Part shown: piece by piece, positions 22,275 to 30,913 of the stretch | How positions within the stretch are numbered: the stretch's first letter is position 1 | Layout of the letters: each line of letters starts with the position of its first letter | Source of the DNA: an uncultured Conexibacteraceae bacterium | GTDB lineage: Bacteria; Actinomycetota; Thermoleophilia; Solirubrobacterales; Solirubrobacteraceae | Length of the DNA: 64,000 nt | Direction of reading: 5' to 3' | NCBI GenBank assembly: GCA_963720195.1 | Contig: CAVRFD010000015.1 | Coordinates: forward strand, 5,690-69,689 | Position numbers and translations under genes: made by a program | Notes under the pieces: generated by a model | Told to the model about the DNA's origin: nothing | The model's database searches: none | Seen by the model: only the letters and a program-made list of their open reading frames with translations

Positions 22275-23396
22275 GTGATGAAGCTTTTCTGGACTGGCAG
22301 GCCTAGGCCGTTGGACCTGGGCCGCAGCCGCCGGCGGGTAGTGACGACGCTGGCGACGTGCGCCACCGCCCTCGCCTTCGTGGCGCCGGCAGCCCGAGCG
22401 GGTACGGCCAACAGAGGTCTGCCGGGAGCCGGGGCCGACCCGATCGCTCATGTGGCGTGGGGGGCGCCGGGCGCCGCCGACGACTTGGGGGGCGCGTATC
22501 AGTCCGCGTCAGGAGCAGACCGGGCGCTGCTCGGTAAGCTCGCGTTGCAGCCGCGGGCGGTGTGGCTGGGATCGTGGTGGACGATCGGCAAGGTACGCGC
22601 CGAAACGGCCGGGATCGTCGCGGCCTCGCAGAACGGGAACCCCAACGCGCTCACCGAGTTCGCGACATTCGAACTGCACCCGTGGGAGACACGAACGGTC
22701 AACGGAGCCTGGAGGGGTCCGGTCCACGGGTCCTGGAACGTCAGCGCAGACGAAGCCTGGTATCGCAACATGGCGGCGGGGATCGGCAGGGCGCGGGCGC
22801 TGGTGATCGAGCAGGTTGATCTGCCGTTCGCGCTGAAGACCTCCTCGACAGCGCCCGAGCAGATCGACACCTACGCCGCCCGCGTGCTGAGCGCCAACCC
22901 GTACACCACGGTCTACATCGACGGGGGCACGGCCGGTTGGCTTTCCGCCGCGCAAGACGCGTCACTACTTATCCGCAATGGCATCCGCTACGCACGTGGG
23001 TTCGCGCTCGACGACACCGATTACGACCCGACTCCGATCGAAGACCGCTTCGGGGCACAGGTCGTCGCAGCGCTGGCGAAGCGCGGCGTGAAGGGCAAAC
23101 ACTTCATTGTCAACACCGACGAAAACGGCCAGACATACAAGCCCTACCAGGTCCCGGGAAGAGCGATCAACGACACGACGGCGTGCCACGGCCGGATCCA
23201 GAGCGTCTGCCAGCGGACCGGAATCCCGCCGACCACGAACGTGGCGTCGTCGCGGTGGCATCTCGGTGCGGCGGCCTCGACGGCGGCCAAGCGGTACTGC
23301 GACGGCTACGTCTGGTCGGGGCGGCCCTGGGACATCGATGGCGGACCGTTCGACCTGCAGAATGCGCTCTGGCTCGCTGCCAACGGCGAGTATTAG
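22275..23396 (+). CDS. Secreted glycoside hydrolase family 6-like protein (divergent)
   Basis: QPRAVWLG, TVYIDGG..GWL, RGFALD.TDY, HFIVNT.ENG and DGYVW..RP parallel the GH6 motif order. Confidence 0.7.
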   Translation: MMKLFWTGRPRPLDLGRSRRRVVTTLATCATALAFVAPAARAGTANRGLPGAGADPIAHVAWGAPGAADDLGGAYQSASGADRALLGKLALQPRAVWLGSWWTIGKVRAETAGIVAASQNGNPNALTEFATFELHPWETRTVNGAWRGPVHGSWNVSADEAWYRNMAAGIGRARALVIEQVDLPFALKTSSTAPEQIDTYAARVLSANPYTTVYIDGGTAGWLSAAQDASLLIRNGIRYARGFALDDTDYDPTPIEDRFGAQVVAALAKRGVKGKHFIVNTDENGQTYKPYQVPGRAINDTTACHGRIQSVCQRTGIPPTTNVASSRWHLGAAASTAAKRYCDGYVWSGRPWDIDGGPFDLQNALWLAANGEY

Positions 23397-23488
23397 CCAG
23401 CCTGCTCCGGACGCCATTCATCCCGGACACGTCTGGCGGATCACGAAGCACTCCCGTAGCGCGGCCTTCGACGTCGGCACGCGAGCTT

Positions 23489-23860
23489 TTAGCTTTTGGT
23501 GTGCAGGGTTATCCGGTACCCGTCTGGGTCGGCGAATGTGAAGGTCCGCCCGAACGGCCCGTCGAAGGGCTCGGTCACGATCGTGACCCCATCGTCAGCG
23601 AGCGCGTCATGGATCTGCTGGGCGTCGGGTGCATGCAACCACACGGCGATGCCTTCGCCGAGCTGCTTGATGGCGTTCAGATCAACTCCGGGCAGCGCAT
23701 CGCGGACAGCGAATGCGATCGGCTTGGTCGCAAAGACAACAGCGTGCGGCGGCCCCGCAGGGTTGCGGACCAGACCGAGGTACTGCTCGTAGAAAGCGGC
23801 GGAGCTTTCGAGGTCACGGACTTGAAGTGAGATGAAATCGGGCCCAGTAACGGGCATCAC
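23489..23860 (-). CDS. VOC/glyoxalase family protein
   Basis: ISLQVRDLESSAAFYEQYLGL; PFDGPFGRTFTFADPDGY. Confidence 0.9.
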   Translation of the reverse strand: MMPVTGPDFISLQVRDLESSAAFYEQYLGLVRNPAGPPHAVVFATKPIAFAVRDALPGVDLNAIKQLGEGIAVWLHAPDAQQIHDALADDGVTIVTEPFDGPFGRTFTFADPDGYRITLHTKS

Positions 23861-23890
23861 AAGCTCCTCTGGAGGGGGTTGGTGCGCTCA

Positions 23891-23929
23891 AGCTTACGTC
23901 AAGGCCTTGACAGATGTCAAGACCTTGAC
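23891..23929 (-). promoter_or_regulatory. Sigma70-type promoter of the VOC gene overlapped by two palindromic operators
   Basis: Minus strand TTGACA (23920-23915), 18 nt, TAAGCT (23896-23891); GTCAAGGCCTTGAC 23898-23911 and GTCAAGACCTTGAC 23916-23929. Confidence 0.75.
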
Positions 23930-23979
23930 GCGACGGCTGCCCGGTGCTCCCGTGCGCGACGCTGGTCCTCGGGTCGTGG

Positions 23980-24405
23980 TCAGTCCTCACTGAGAGCTGC
24001 CGTGCACCTCTCCAAGTCGCCGTGCAGCCGCTGCCGCTCTAGTGGCTGTAAGCCGGACAGCATCTGTTCCTCCACCGCTGCGACGGCCGCTGATGCGGCC
24101 GTGATGATTCGTTGTCCTTCGGGAGTCAGGGAGTAGCGCTGGACACGCCCTTGGCCGACGGCGCTGACAAGCTCGGCTTCTTGCAAGCCGCCGAGGAGCT
24201 GATGCATCGCCTGGCGGGTGACGAACACACCTCGGGCCAGGTCGGCGTTTGAGATGCCGGGACGGGCCTTGAGTATCTCCAGGCACGAATACTGCGGCAC
24301 GCTCAGTCCAAGGGAGCGCAGCGAGGCCTCCATCGCCGTCCGCAGCGCAGTGGCGGTCCGTTTCAACGCATACCCGATTGAGGAGTCGATATCGACCTGC
24401 GGCAC
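23980..24405 (-). CDS. MarR family transcriptional regulator
   Basis: GLSVPQYSCL..L...PGISNADLAR..FVTRQAM....L......LTPEG; GTG start at 24405. Confidence 0.9.
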   Translation of the reverse strand: MPQVDIDSSIGYALKRTATALRTAMEASLRSLGLSVPQYSCLEILKARPGISNADLARGVFVTRQAMHQLLGGLQEAELVSAVGQGRVQRYSLTPEGQRIITAASAAVAAVEEQMLSGLQPLERQRLHGDLERCTAALSED

Positions 24406-24419
24406 GTCAAGATCTTGAC
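24406..24419. promoter_or_regulatory. Putative MarR autoregulatory operator
   Basis: GTCAAGATCTTGAC palindrome abutting the marR start; same motif twice upstream of the VOC gene. Confidence 0.7.
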
Positions 24420-24586
24420 ACAGATCGCGGGCCGTGCATCGGCGATGCGTCCACACCCGTTGAGTGAGTCGAGACTGCTGGTTAGCATTCTCGCGCTGCA
24501 CGACCGGGGCGTCGATCCTGCACGGGGTTCGTTTGTGAGGGAGGCGCGCAAAAAGGGCCGCTGGCCATCAAGGAAGGAAGACCACC

Positions 24587-25312
24587 ATGCAGGGACGCAT
24601 GCAGCGATTTCGCACGCGACGAACCGCCTGGATAGCCGCCGCTGCTGCGGCCGCCATCACCGCTTTGACCGTGACCCAGGCTTTTGCTTCGGACGGGTCT
24701 GGCAACACGGTCTATGCGTGCGTGTCCAAGGCGACCGGCAGTGTCCACATCGTCGCTCAGGGCGCCGGATGCGATCGAAACGAATACGGCACCTCGTGGA
24801 ACGTCACCGGGCCGCAGGGTGACACCGGCCCGCAAGGCCCGGCAGGGGCCGCCGCGCCCGACCCGAGGCCCCGGGCAAAGGTAGTCGGCACCGTGACCCT
24901 CACGCCAAGCGACGGCGACTCGCCTGTGTCGTTCGACATCTACGACTTTTCGTCCACGTTCCAGCAGACGCTCAACATTGGGTCGCAGAGCGGTGGCGCT
25001 GGCGCGGGCAAGGTCACGTTCCAGCCGTTCACCATGACGAAGCTGCCAGACGCCTCGTCACCACAGCTGTTCACCTGGCTCGCCAGCGGCACGGCCCTGC
25101 AGTCCGCCAAGATCCAGCTCTACGGCAAAGACGGAAGTGTCGCCGAAACGTTCGACTGCAGCCTTGTAGCGCTGTCCTCGTTGACCACGACCAACACTGG
25201 TGCCGCCACGGACTCACTGTTCGAGCAGTTGAGCATCGAGGTCGGCGCGGTGACGGAGAGCGTCGGCTCGTCGACGGGCGGTTGGAACAGAGTGACGAAC
25301 AGCTCGCAGTAG
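24587..25312 (+). CDS. hcp: Hcp (T6SS tube family) domain protein with N-terminal signal peptide, Cys module and short collagen repeat
   Basis: QTLNIGSQSGGAGAGKVTFQPFTMTK.PDASSPQLF..LASG......I.L ... EQLSI ... GWNRVTN matches Hcp1; GPQGDTGPQGPAG; AAGGAAGG RBS. Confidence 0.85.
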   Translation: MQGRMQRFRTRRTAWIAAAAAAAITALTVTQAFASDGSGNTVYACVSKATGSVHIVAQGAGCDRNEYGTSWNVTGPQGDTGPQGPAGAAAPDPRPRAKVVGTVTLTPSDGDSPVSFDIYDFSSTFQQTLNIGSQSGGAGAGKVTFQPFTMTKLPDASSPQLFTWLASGTALQSAKIQLYGKDGSVAETFDCSLVALSSLTTTNTGAATDSLFEQLSIEVGAVTESVGSSTGGWNRVTNSSQ

Positions 25313-25536
25313 CACTGGTCGGAAGCCATCCGACCTGTGATGTGTGTCTGGGCGCGCCCGTGCGCCCAGACACACGCGCGTGCACGATCTCATCCGTGGC
25401 ATCTCGATCGCCACGGAAGGGCGCCCCGGCAGGGCAAAGCGCTCGTCAGCTCGTCGCCTGGCCGGGCCGTCGTGGACCTGGGTACGGGGAGAGTGGTTCG
25501 TGCCTAAAGCATCGAAAGCGGATGCGCGGGCGTACA

Positions 25537-25574
25537 GGTTGCTCACGTGACTTTCGGTTGCTCACGTGACTTTC
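25537..25574. repeat. Exact 19-bp tandem duplication
   Basis: GGTTGCTCACGTGACTTTC x2. Confidence 0.9.
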
Positions 25575-25606
25575 CGTACCGGCAAGTTGCGTGCTAACTT
25601 TCCGGT

Positions 25607-26083
25607 ATGGAAAAACACTCGTCGGGTCCGATCCCGCCAGGCGCGGCCCAGGAGCAGCTGCGGGCCGCCCGCCGTGCACACGACGCATCGGTCCGTCGTG
25701 CGACGATCCCGGCCGGGCTCATCCTTGCGGTGAGCTTCTTCTCCGGAGCACTGACGCTCGGGCCCGCGCATAACGGGCCAGGGCACGTCGTGACGATCAT
25801 CGCGGTCGTGTGGTTCGTTGCTGAGCTTCTAAGGATGTCCGCTCATAACCAGTGGCGTGCGTTGCGTTCACTGCCCCAGCCAAAGTGGAACTTCACGGAA
25901 GCGACGCTCATGTGTGTCGCTGTCTGCAGCCTGCTGGTCGGCTCCCATCTGCTCGCGAGCCGCAGCAATTCGGTGCTTGTGAGCTGCGGGCTTGCGGCAG
26001 CTGTGATGGTGACAGTCGCGGCCTGTCTGTTTGCCGCGAACGCGTCCTATCGGCGCCGCACATCTCGGACGTGGCAGCGGTGA
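25607..26083 (+). CDS. Hypothetical 4-TM membrane protein
   Basis: Four hydrophobic segments; GTGA overlap with the downstream regulator; TAACTT 6 nt before the ATG. Confidence 0.7.
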   Translation: MEKHSSGPIPPGAAQEQLRAARRAHDASVRRATIPAGLILAVSFFSGALTLGPAHNGPGHVVTIIAVVWFVAELLRMSAHNQWRALRSLPQPKWNFTEATLMCVAVCSLLVGSHLLASRSNSVLVSCGLAAAVMVTVAACLFAANASYRRRTSRTWQR

Positions 26084-26460
26084 GCCGAGCAGCGTTCAAC
26101 GAGCTGATCCACGCGCCCTTGCGTCTACAAATATGCGCGATGCTCGCGCCGGTGCGATCGTTGCCGTTCTCCGACATACGCGACACCTTGGGGATCTCGG
26201 ATTCGGTTCTGAGCAAGCACCTGTCGGTGCTCGCCGAAGCCGGGTACGTGGAGGTTTCCCGTGTGCGGGCGGAATCACGTTCGCGACGGCAGGTCACGCT
26301 CACCAACCCAGGGCGCACAGCCTTACGCGGGCACCTGGCGGCGCTGCAAGCGATCGCCGCCACAGCTGAACCGGCGACAGCTGAGAAGCCGTCAGGCGCC
26401 CGTTCCCCGAACCGCCACCAGGCCCGTCGAGAGGCCACCCTCGATCCCCGGATCGCATAG
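26080..26460 (+). CDS. Winged-helix transcriptional regulator (HTH_34/ArsR-like)
   Basis: FNELIHAPLRLQIC..L.....F..IRD.L..SDSVLSKHL..L..AGYV......LT..GR.AL. Confidence 0.9.
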   Translation: MSRAAFNELIHAPLRLQICAMLAPVRSLPFSDIRDTLGISDSVLSKHLSVLAEAGYVEVSRVRAESRSRRQVTLTNPGRTALRGHLAALQAIAATAEPATAEKPSGARSPNRHQARREATLDPRIA

Positions 26461-27296
26461 CTACGTGATCATCGATTCCTGATCGGTCGACCTGCAGGCG
26501 TCGCGGGTCTCGGGAACCGCCAGAAGCGTCAAGCGACGCCGACTTGACTACCGCTTTTCACTACGGGCGCCCTCAGAGCCGGCGAGCGCTTTGCTGCGAA
26601 GGACGCTGCCGCGACCTGGCCGCTGATCACGGCGAACAGCGCAAACGGCACGCTCGCGATCGCGAGCACCACGACAGCGATGACGGTCCGGCGGAGCAAC
26701 ACCCGTGACGGTGGTGGCCTAGCACTGTCGGCTGATTCTGTTGGCCCGGCCACCCTCCGCCCCCAGCTTCTCCTGGTCGAATAGGCATGGACCCACATCG
26801 ACCTACCAGATGGTCGCCGCTCTCCCAGGAGCGCCGCACCGAGCGGGCCGCATAGATCCTCGGTGGCGATCATCGCACCGCCCGGTTCGAGAACGCGGAT
26901 AACTCGATCGTGCCGCGCACAGCCGCAAATCGGGGACGAACTGCGGTGGCTTCAAGGCGACGCCGAGAAGCGTCGAGTTGATCTAGATTCAGCAGGCGTC
27001 GATTCGTCTCGCGCGTAGGATCGAGGCGCTCCTCAACCGCACCCCTCGAATCCGTGGACACCTTTCCAGACCCGCGTGCGATGACCAACCACCAGCTGGT
27101 GGAGCTCATCGACGCTCTCACGAATGACGGACAGACGACCGAGTACCTGCGCGGCGTCGCAGAACGCAAGGTCCGGATCCTCCGTGCGGAACTCGCGCGG
27201 CGATCTGGCGGCGACGATCAGCCGAGCTAGGGCGGCGCTTGCTGGTCGCCCCGCCCTGGTTACGGCCGGAGAGACGGCGAATGTCACCGAGCACGA

Positions 27297-28055
27297 TCAG
27301 CCGCCGCCGGGACCGCCGCCCTTGGCACCGCCGTGCGGGCCACCGTTGCAGTTGTGGATATCGCAGGGGTAGTTGAAAGTCTGCGTCTGCGTCCCGGTCG
27401 GCGTCGTCAGCTGTGCCGACGCGACATGACCGCTGCCTGGCCACCAGGCGATCACCCAGCCGTTCTCAACGGTTGCCGTCACCAGTGTGCCGTCGGTGAG
27501 CGTCAGGTTCGCGCCCGTGACGCCGGAACCGGCCTGGGCGATCATCGTGCCATATGGCTGCCCGTTGCTCATCGAGGTGTAATCGCTCCAGAGGAACAGC
27601 TGTCCGGCGGCAGGCGTCACCCGTGGGTAGCTGGTCCATCCGGACGCGTTGCGAAACCCGGGCCCTACCGTACAGAAGCTGTAGGTCTGCGTCGATGTCG
27701 CGGGGCCGGCGTACACGATGATCGTGTACGGCCCGCGGCTGTCGATCGCCTGCTGCGGAAGGTTGGGGTTGGGTATGTTCGCGCTGCAGTAGCTGTTGGC
27801 TGACTGCAGCTGAGCGGCGCTCGGCTTGGTCGGCTGTGCGCTCCAACCGGCGAAGGCAGGGCTCGCGCCGCCGGCCAGCGAAAGCACAGCGGTGAGGGTG
27901 CCCGCGACCGCGGCAATGCCGCCCCCGATCGCCAGCCTCGGTCGCCAGGCGCGGTTGCGGGGGCGGTAATCGGTTTCAAGGATCTCCGGGGACGCGTGCA
28001 CGCGGGCTGCGCGCTCCTGCATCCATGCACGGAGGTCGTGCTCGATCTCGGTCAT
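27297..28055 (-). CDS. Putative anti-sigma factor-like membrane protein
   Basis: Coupled by ATGA overlap to the ECF sigma; MTEIEHDLR N-terminus, single TM, extracytoplasmic domain. Confidence 0.65.
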   Translation of the reverse strand: MTEIEHDLRAWMQERAARVHASPEILETDYRPRNRAWRPRLAIGGGIAAVAGTLTAVLSLAGGASPAFAGWSAQPTKPSAAQLQSANSYCSANIPNPNLPQQAIDSRGPYTIIVYAGPATSTQTYSFCTVGPGFRNASGWTSYPRVTPAAGQLFLWSDYTSMSNGQPYGTMIAQAGSGVTGANLTLTDGTLVTATVENGWVIAWWPGSGHVASAQLTTPTGTQTQTFNYPCDIHNCNGGPHGGAKGGGPGGG

Positions 28056-28555
28056 GATGCGATCCTCCGGTAGTGGTCAGTAGGGCGGAGCGTCTCCTCG
28101 AGTCGTCTCAGCCCACGGGAGGTGCTGCTCTTGACGGTGCCCAGCGAGCAGCTCAGCGCCGCTGCCACCTCCGCCTCGGAGAGGTCGAGGTAGTAGCGGA
28201 GCACGAGCGCCGCGCGCTGCCGTGGCGGGAGTGCCGCCAGCGCGTCGAACAGCTGGTCGTCGATGTCGAGGTGGGCCGCGTTCGCGGCCGTTTCGGCAGG
28301 CGGAGCTGCTGTCAGCTCCGCTCGGTTGCGGGACCGCTTCGAACTCCCGTGCAACGCCAGGTTGACGAGGATCCGCCTGGCATACGCCACCGGGTTGTCC
28401 ATGCGGCTGACGCGTGGCCATCTCGAGGCGACCTTGAACAGTGCCTCCTGCACAAGGTCTTCGGCCTCGTGCAGGTCGCCCACAATCAGATAAGCGGTCC
28501 GCAACAGGGCATCGCCGTTGTCGCCGACGAAGCGATCGAAGTCGTGAGGACTCAT
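28052..28555 (-). CDS. SigE family ECF sigma factor
   Basis: LLRTAYL..GD...AEDLVQ.AL; AL..LPPRQRA.LVLRYY.DLSEAE.A..L.CS.GTVKS..SRGL. Confidence 0.95.
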   Translation of the reverse strand: MSPHDFDRFVGDNGDALLRTAYLIVGDLHEAEDLVQEALFKVASRWPRVSRMDNPVAYARRILVNLALHGSSKRSRNRAELTAAPPAETAANAAHLDIDDQLFDALAALPPRQRAALVLRYYLDLSEAEVAAALSCSLGTVKSSTSRGLRRLEETLRPTDHYRRIAS

Positions 28556-28626
28556 ACCCCTTAAAAGGCTCCCAGCACCCGCAAAGGTTGAGAGGGGTTC
28601 TTAAAGAACTTCGTCAGTCGTGCCGA

Positions 28627-28938
28627 TCAGGTCAGAGCCCGCAGGGCAGCGGTGGTGATGATCGCGACTAGAAAGACGACGACGAGCGATCGTCCGCGCA
28701 CCAGCGCGATTACTCCGGCTCCCACTCCGACGAGTGTGTGCCAGTCCGCGGCGTAGTGCCGGTTGGAGTCAAACAGGTCAGCTACGACCAGGGCGCTCAG
28801 CATCGCGATCGGCAAAAGGCCCGCGATGCGCTGCACGCGACCGTTGGCCAGAACCGACTCCGGGAGCGACACACCGGCAAGCTTGAGCGCGTAGCAGCCG
28901 CCGGACGCGCAAAGGACGGTGGTCCAGAGGGTCGTCAC
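28627..28938 (-). CDS. azlD: AzlD family branched-chain amino acid exporter subunit
   Basis: CYALKLAG..LP; LLP.A.L.AL; downstream of azlC. Confidence 0.85.
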   Translation of the reverse strand: MTTLWTTVLCASGGCYALKLAGVSLPESVLANGRVQRIAGLLPIAMLSALVVADLFDSNRHYAADWHTLVGVGAGVIALVRGRSLVVVFLVAIITTAALRALT

Positions 28939-29672
28939 CGGACCCCGTTTCTACGGCGTGGGCGGTCCGGGAGCAGTCCGGCGAGGATCGCAACTGCGGC
29001 CGCGGCGAGGATCGGGACTCCGGCGGGAGCGACCGTGATGAGTGCGAGCGTCACGAAAACTGCGCCGAGCGCAACGGTCGGCCCGCGGTTGCGCGAGAGC
29101 TGAGGCCATAGCAGCGCCAGGAAGATAGCCGGAGCCGCTGCGTCCAAGCCAAAGGCGGAGGTGTCGATCCCGCTGCCGATCAGCGCTCCCACGAGCGTGC
29201 CCAGGTTCCACAGTGCAAACAGTGAGATCCCGGTTACCCAGAACGCGTATTGTCCTGCGCGCGCGGAGCGCTGTGCGACCGCCATCGCAGTCGTCTCGTC
29301 GATTACCAACTGTGCCGTCAGCAGCCGGCTGAGCCCGCGCGGCCTGATCAGCCGGGCGACCGGCACGCCATAGAACGCGTTGCGTACGCCCAATAGCAGC
29401 GCCGCCGAGAGCGCTGCGAGCGGCGCTCCACCAACGGCGACAATCCCGACGAACGCGAACTGGGACGCTCCCGTGAACATCACGAGGCTCATCGCGACCG
29501 TTTGCAGCGGGCGTAGCCCAGACGCAGTCGCCACGGCCCCGAAGGTCAGACCGAACGCGCCCGCGTAAAGCCCGATACCGGCCGCGGCACGGATGATCGC
29601 CCGCTGCTCGAGCAGCACGTCCGCTGATCCTTCGGCCGAGCTGCCGGGAATAGGCACAAAGCCCGCACTCAC
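28935..29672 (-). CDS. azlC: AzlC family permease
   Basis: MSLVMFTGASQFA, RNAFYG, VIDETTA, GLDAAAPA.FL.LL; GTG at 29672 is 7 nt after TACTCT. Confidence 0.9.
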   Translation of the reverse strand: MSAGFVPIPGSSAEGSADVLLEQRAIIRAAAGIGLYAGAFGLTFGAVATASGLRPLQTVAMSLVMFTGASQFAFVGIVAVGGAPLAALSAALLLGVRNAFYGVPVARLIRPRGLSRLLTAQLVIDETTAMAVAQRSARAGQYAFWVTGISLFALWNLGTLVGALIGSGIDTSAFGLDAAAPAIFLALLWPQLSRNRGPTVALGAVFVTLALITVAPAGVPILAAAAVAILAGLLPDRPRRRNGVR

Positions 29673-29755
29673 GGGCAACAGAGTACGCGTCGTATCGCGC
29701 AACGCGGTAGCAAATATGGCCCGACATCGACCCGGATGCGCAATCATTGGAGGCC

Positions 29756-30232
29756 GTGGACGCAGTTGATCGGCGAATCATTGCTGAGCTTCAACGAGAT
29801 GGGCGACTATCGAACGTCGAACTCGCCGAGCGGATCGGGCTGACGCCCGCGCCCTGCCTGCGCCGCGTCAGGCGCCTGGAGAGCGACGGAGTCATCCTCG
29901 GATACACCGCGCGGATAAACCCCCGAGCCATCGGCAGCGACTTCGAGGTGCTCCTCAACGTCGACCTCACTCGCAAGGACAGAGCAACCTTCGAGGCCTT
30001 CGAGGCCGCCGCAGCCGCGCTCGACGAGGTCATCGAGATACGCCGGATGTTCGGACTGCCCGACTATGTGCTCCGCGTCGCCACCGCGAGCATCGAGAGC
30101 TACGAGTCGCTTGTTTCGACCCGACTCGGAGACATCCCCGGCATCGACAAACTCGACTCCCACATCACAATGAAACTGATCAAGTCACCAGAACCCGAGA
30201 TCGCATCCCCCCGCGCCGACAGACCGACCTGA
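29756..30232 (+). CDS. Lrp/AsnC family regulator
   Basis: DRRIIAELQRDGRLSNVELAERIGLTPAPCLRRVRRLE; divergent from azlC. Confidence 0.95.
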   Translation: MDAVDRRIIAELQRDGRLSNVELAERIGLTPAPCLRRVRRLESDGVILGYTARINPRAIGSDFEVLLNVDLTRKDRATFEAFEAAAAALDEVIEIRRMFGLPDYVLRVATASIESYESLVSTRLGDIPGIDKLDSHITMKLIKSPEPEIASPRADRPT

Positions 30233-30258
30233 ACAGGCAGGCAACCATCCGGGCTTCT

Positions 30259-30912
30259 ATGCCAGTGCGCCGCGCTTCCATTTCATGGGTGCTGGTCGTG
30301 GTCGCCGTCGCCGCCCTCACGGTGTTCGTAGCTCTGACGGTCGCTGTGACCAGCAGTTCCTCGCTCTCCCTCGACTCGCGGGCCTTCAAGATTGCCGGCG
30401 ATCTGCGCACACCCTTGCTCGACCACGTCGCCCGCGTCGTCACGAGGTTGGGCTTGATCGCGATCGTTGGCCCGGCCGTCGTCGTCGGCGCCGCGCTCCT
30501 GATCAAACACCGAGAACGCGCCCGCGCGGCCGCGCTCATGGTCGGAGCGGCGCTCGCCTGGATCAGCGTGTGGATCGTGAAATCGGTGGTCGACCGCCCC
30601 CGTCCACCGGCCCCGCTCGTGCACACGACGGGCCAGAGCTATCCCTCGGGTCACTCTGCCAACGCCGTCGGGTGGCTCGCGCTCGCGATCGCGCTCACCG
30701 TCACGATCCCGACCCAGGGCGGACGGATCACCGCTATCACCGCGGGCGCGCTCCTCGCTGTGCTCGTCGGCCTAAGTCGGATCTACCTTCGCGCCCACTA
30801 CCTCTCCGATGTCCTCGCCGGCGAAGCGCTCGCCGTGGCCATCTACGCACTCGCGGCGATCGGCGCGGTTGCCTGGCAATCGCGGAACAGCCGCCATGAG
30901 CCTTCCCAATAA
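30259..30912 (+). CDS. PAP2 family phosphatase
   Basis: K.....RP, PSGH and SRIYL.AH..SDV motifs. Confidence 0.92.
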   Translation: MPVRRASISWVLVVVAVAALTVFVALTVAVTSSSSLSLDSRAFKIAGDLRTPLLDHVARVVTRLGLIAIVGPAVVVGAALLIKHRERARAAALMVGAALAWISVWIVKSVVDRPRPPAPLVHTTGQSYPSGHSANAVGWLALAIALTVTIPTQGGRITAITAGALLAVLVGLSRIYLRAHYLSDVLAGEALAVAIYALAAIGAVAWQSRNSRHEPSQ

Positions 30913-30913
30913 G

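Noticed and set aside
24587-25312. A type VI secretion or contractile injection locus
   Set aside because: Only one Hcp-domain gene; no sheath, VgrG, baseplate or membrane complex nearby
26529-27287. Short minus-strand ORFs (114, 99 and 84 aa)
   Set aside because: No recognisable motifs; one has a TM segment and may be a gene remnant, but support is insufficient
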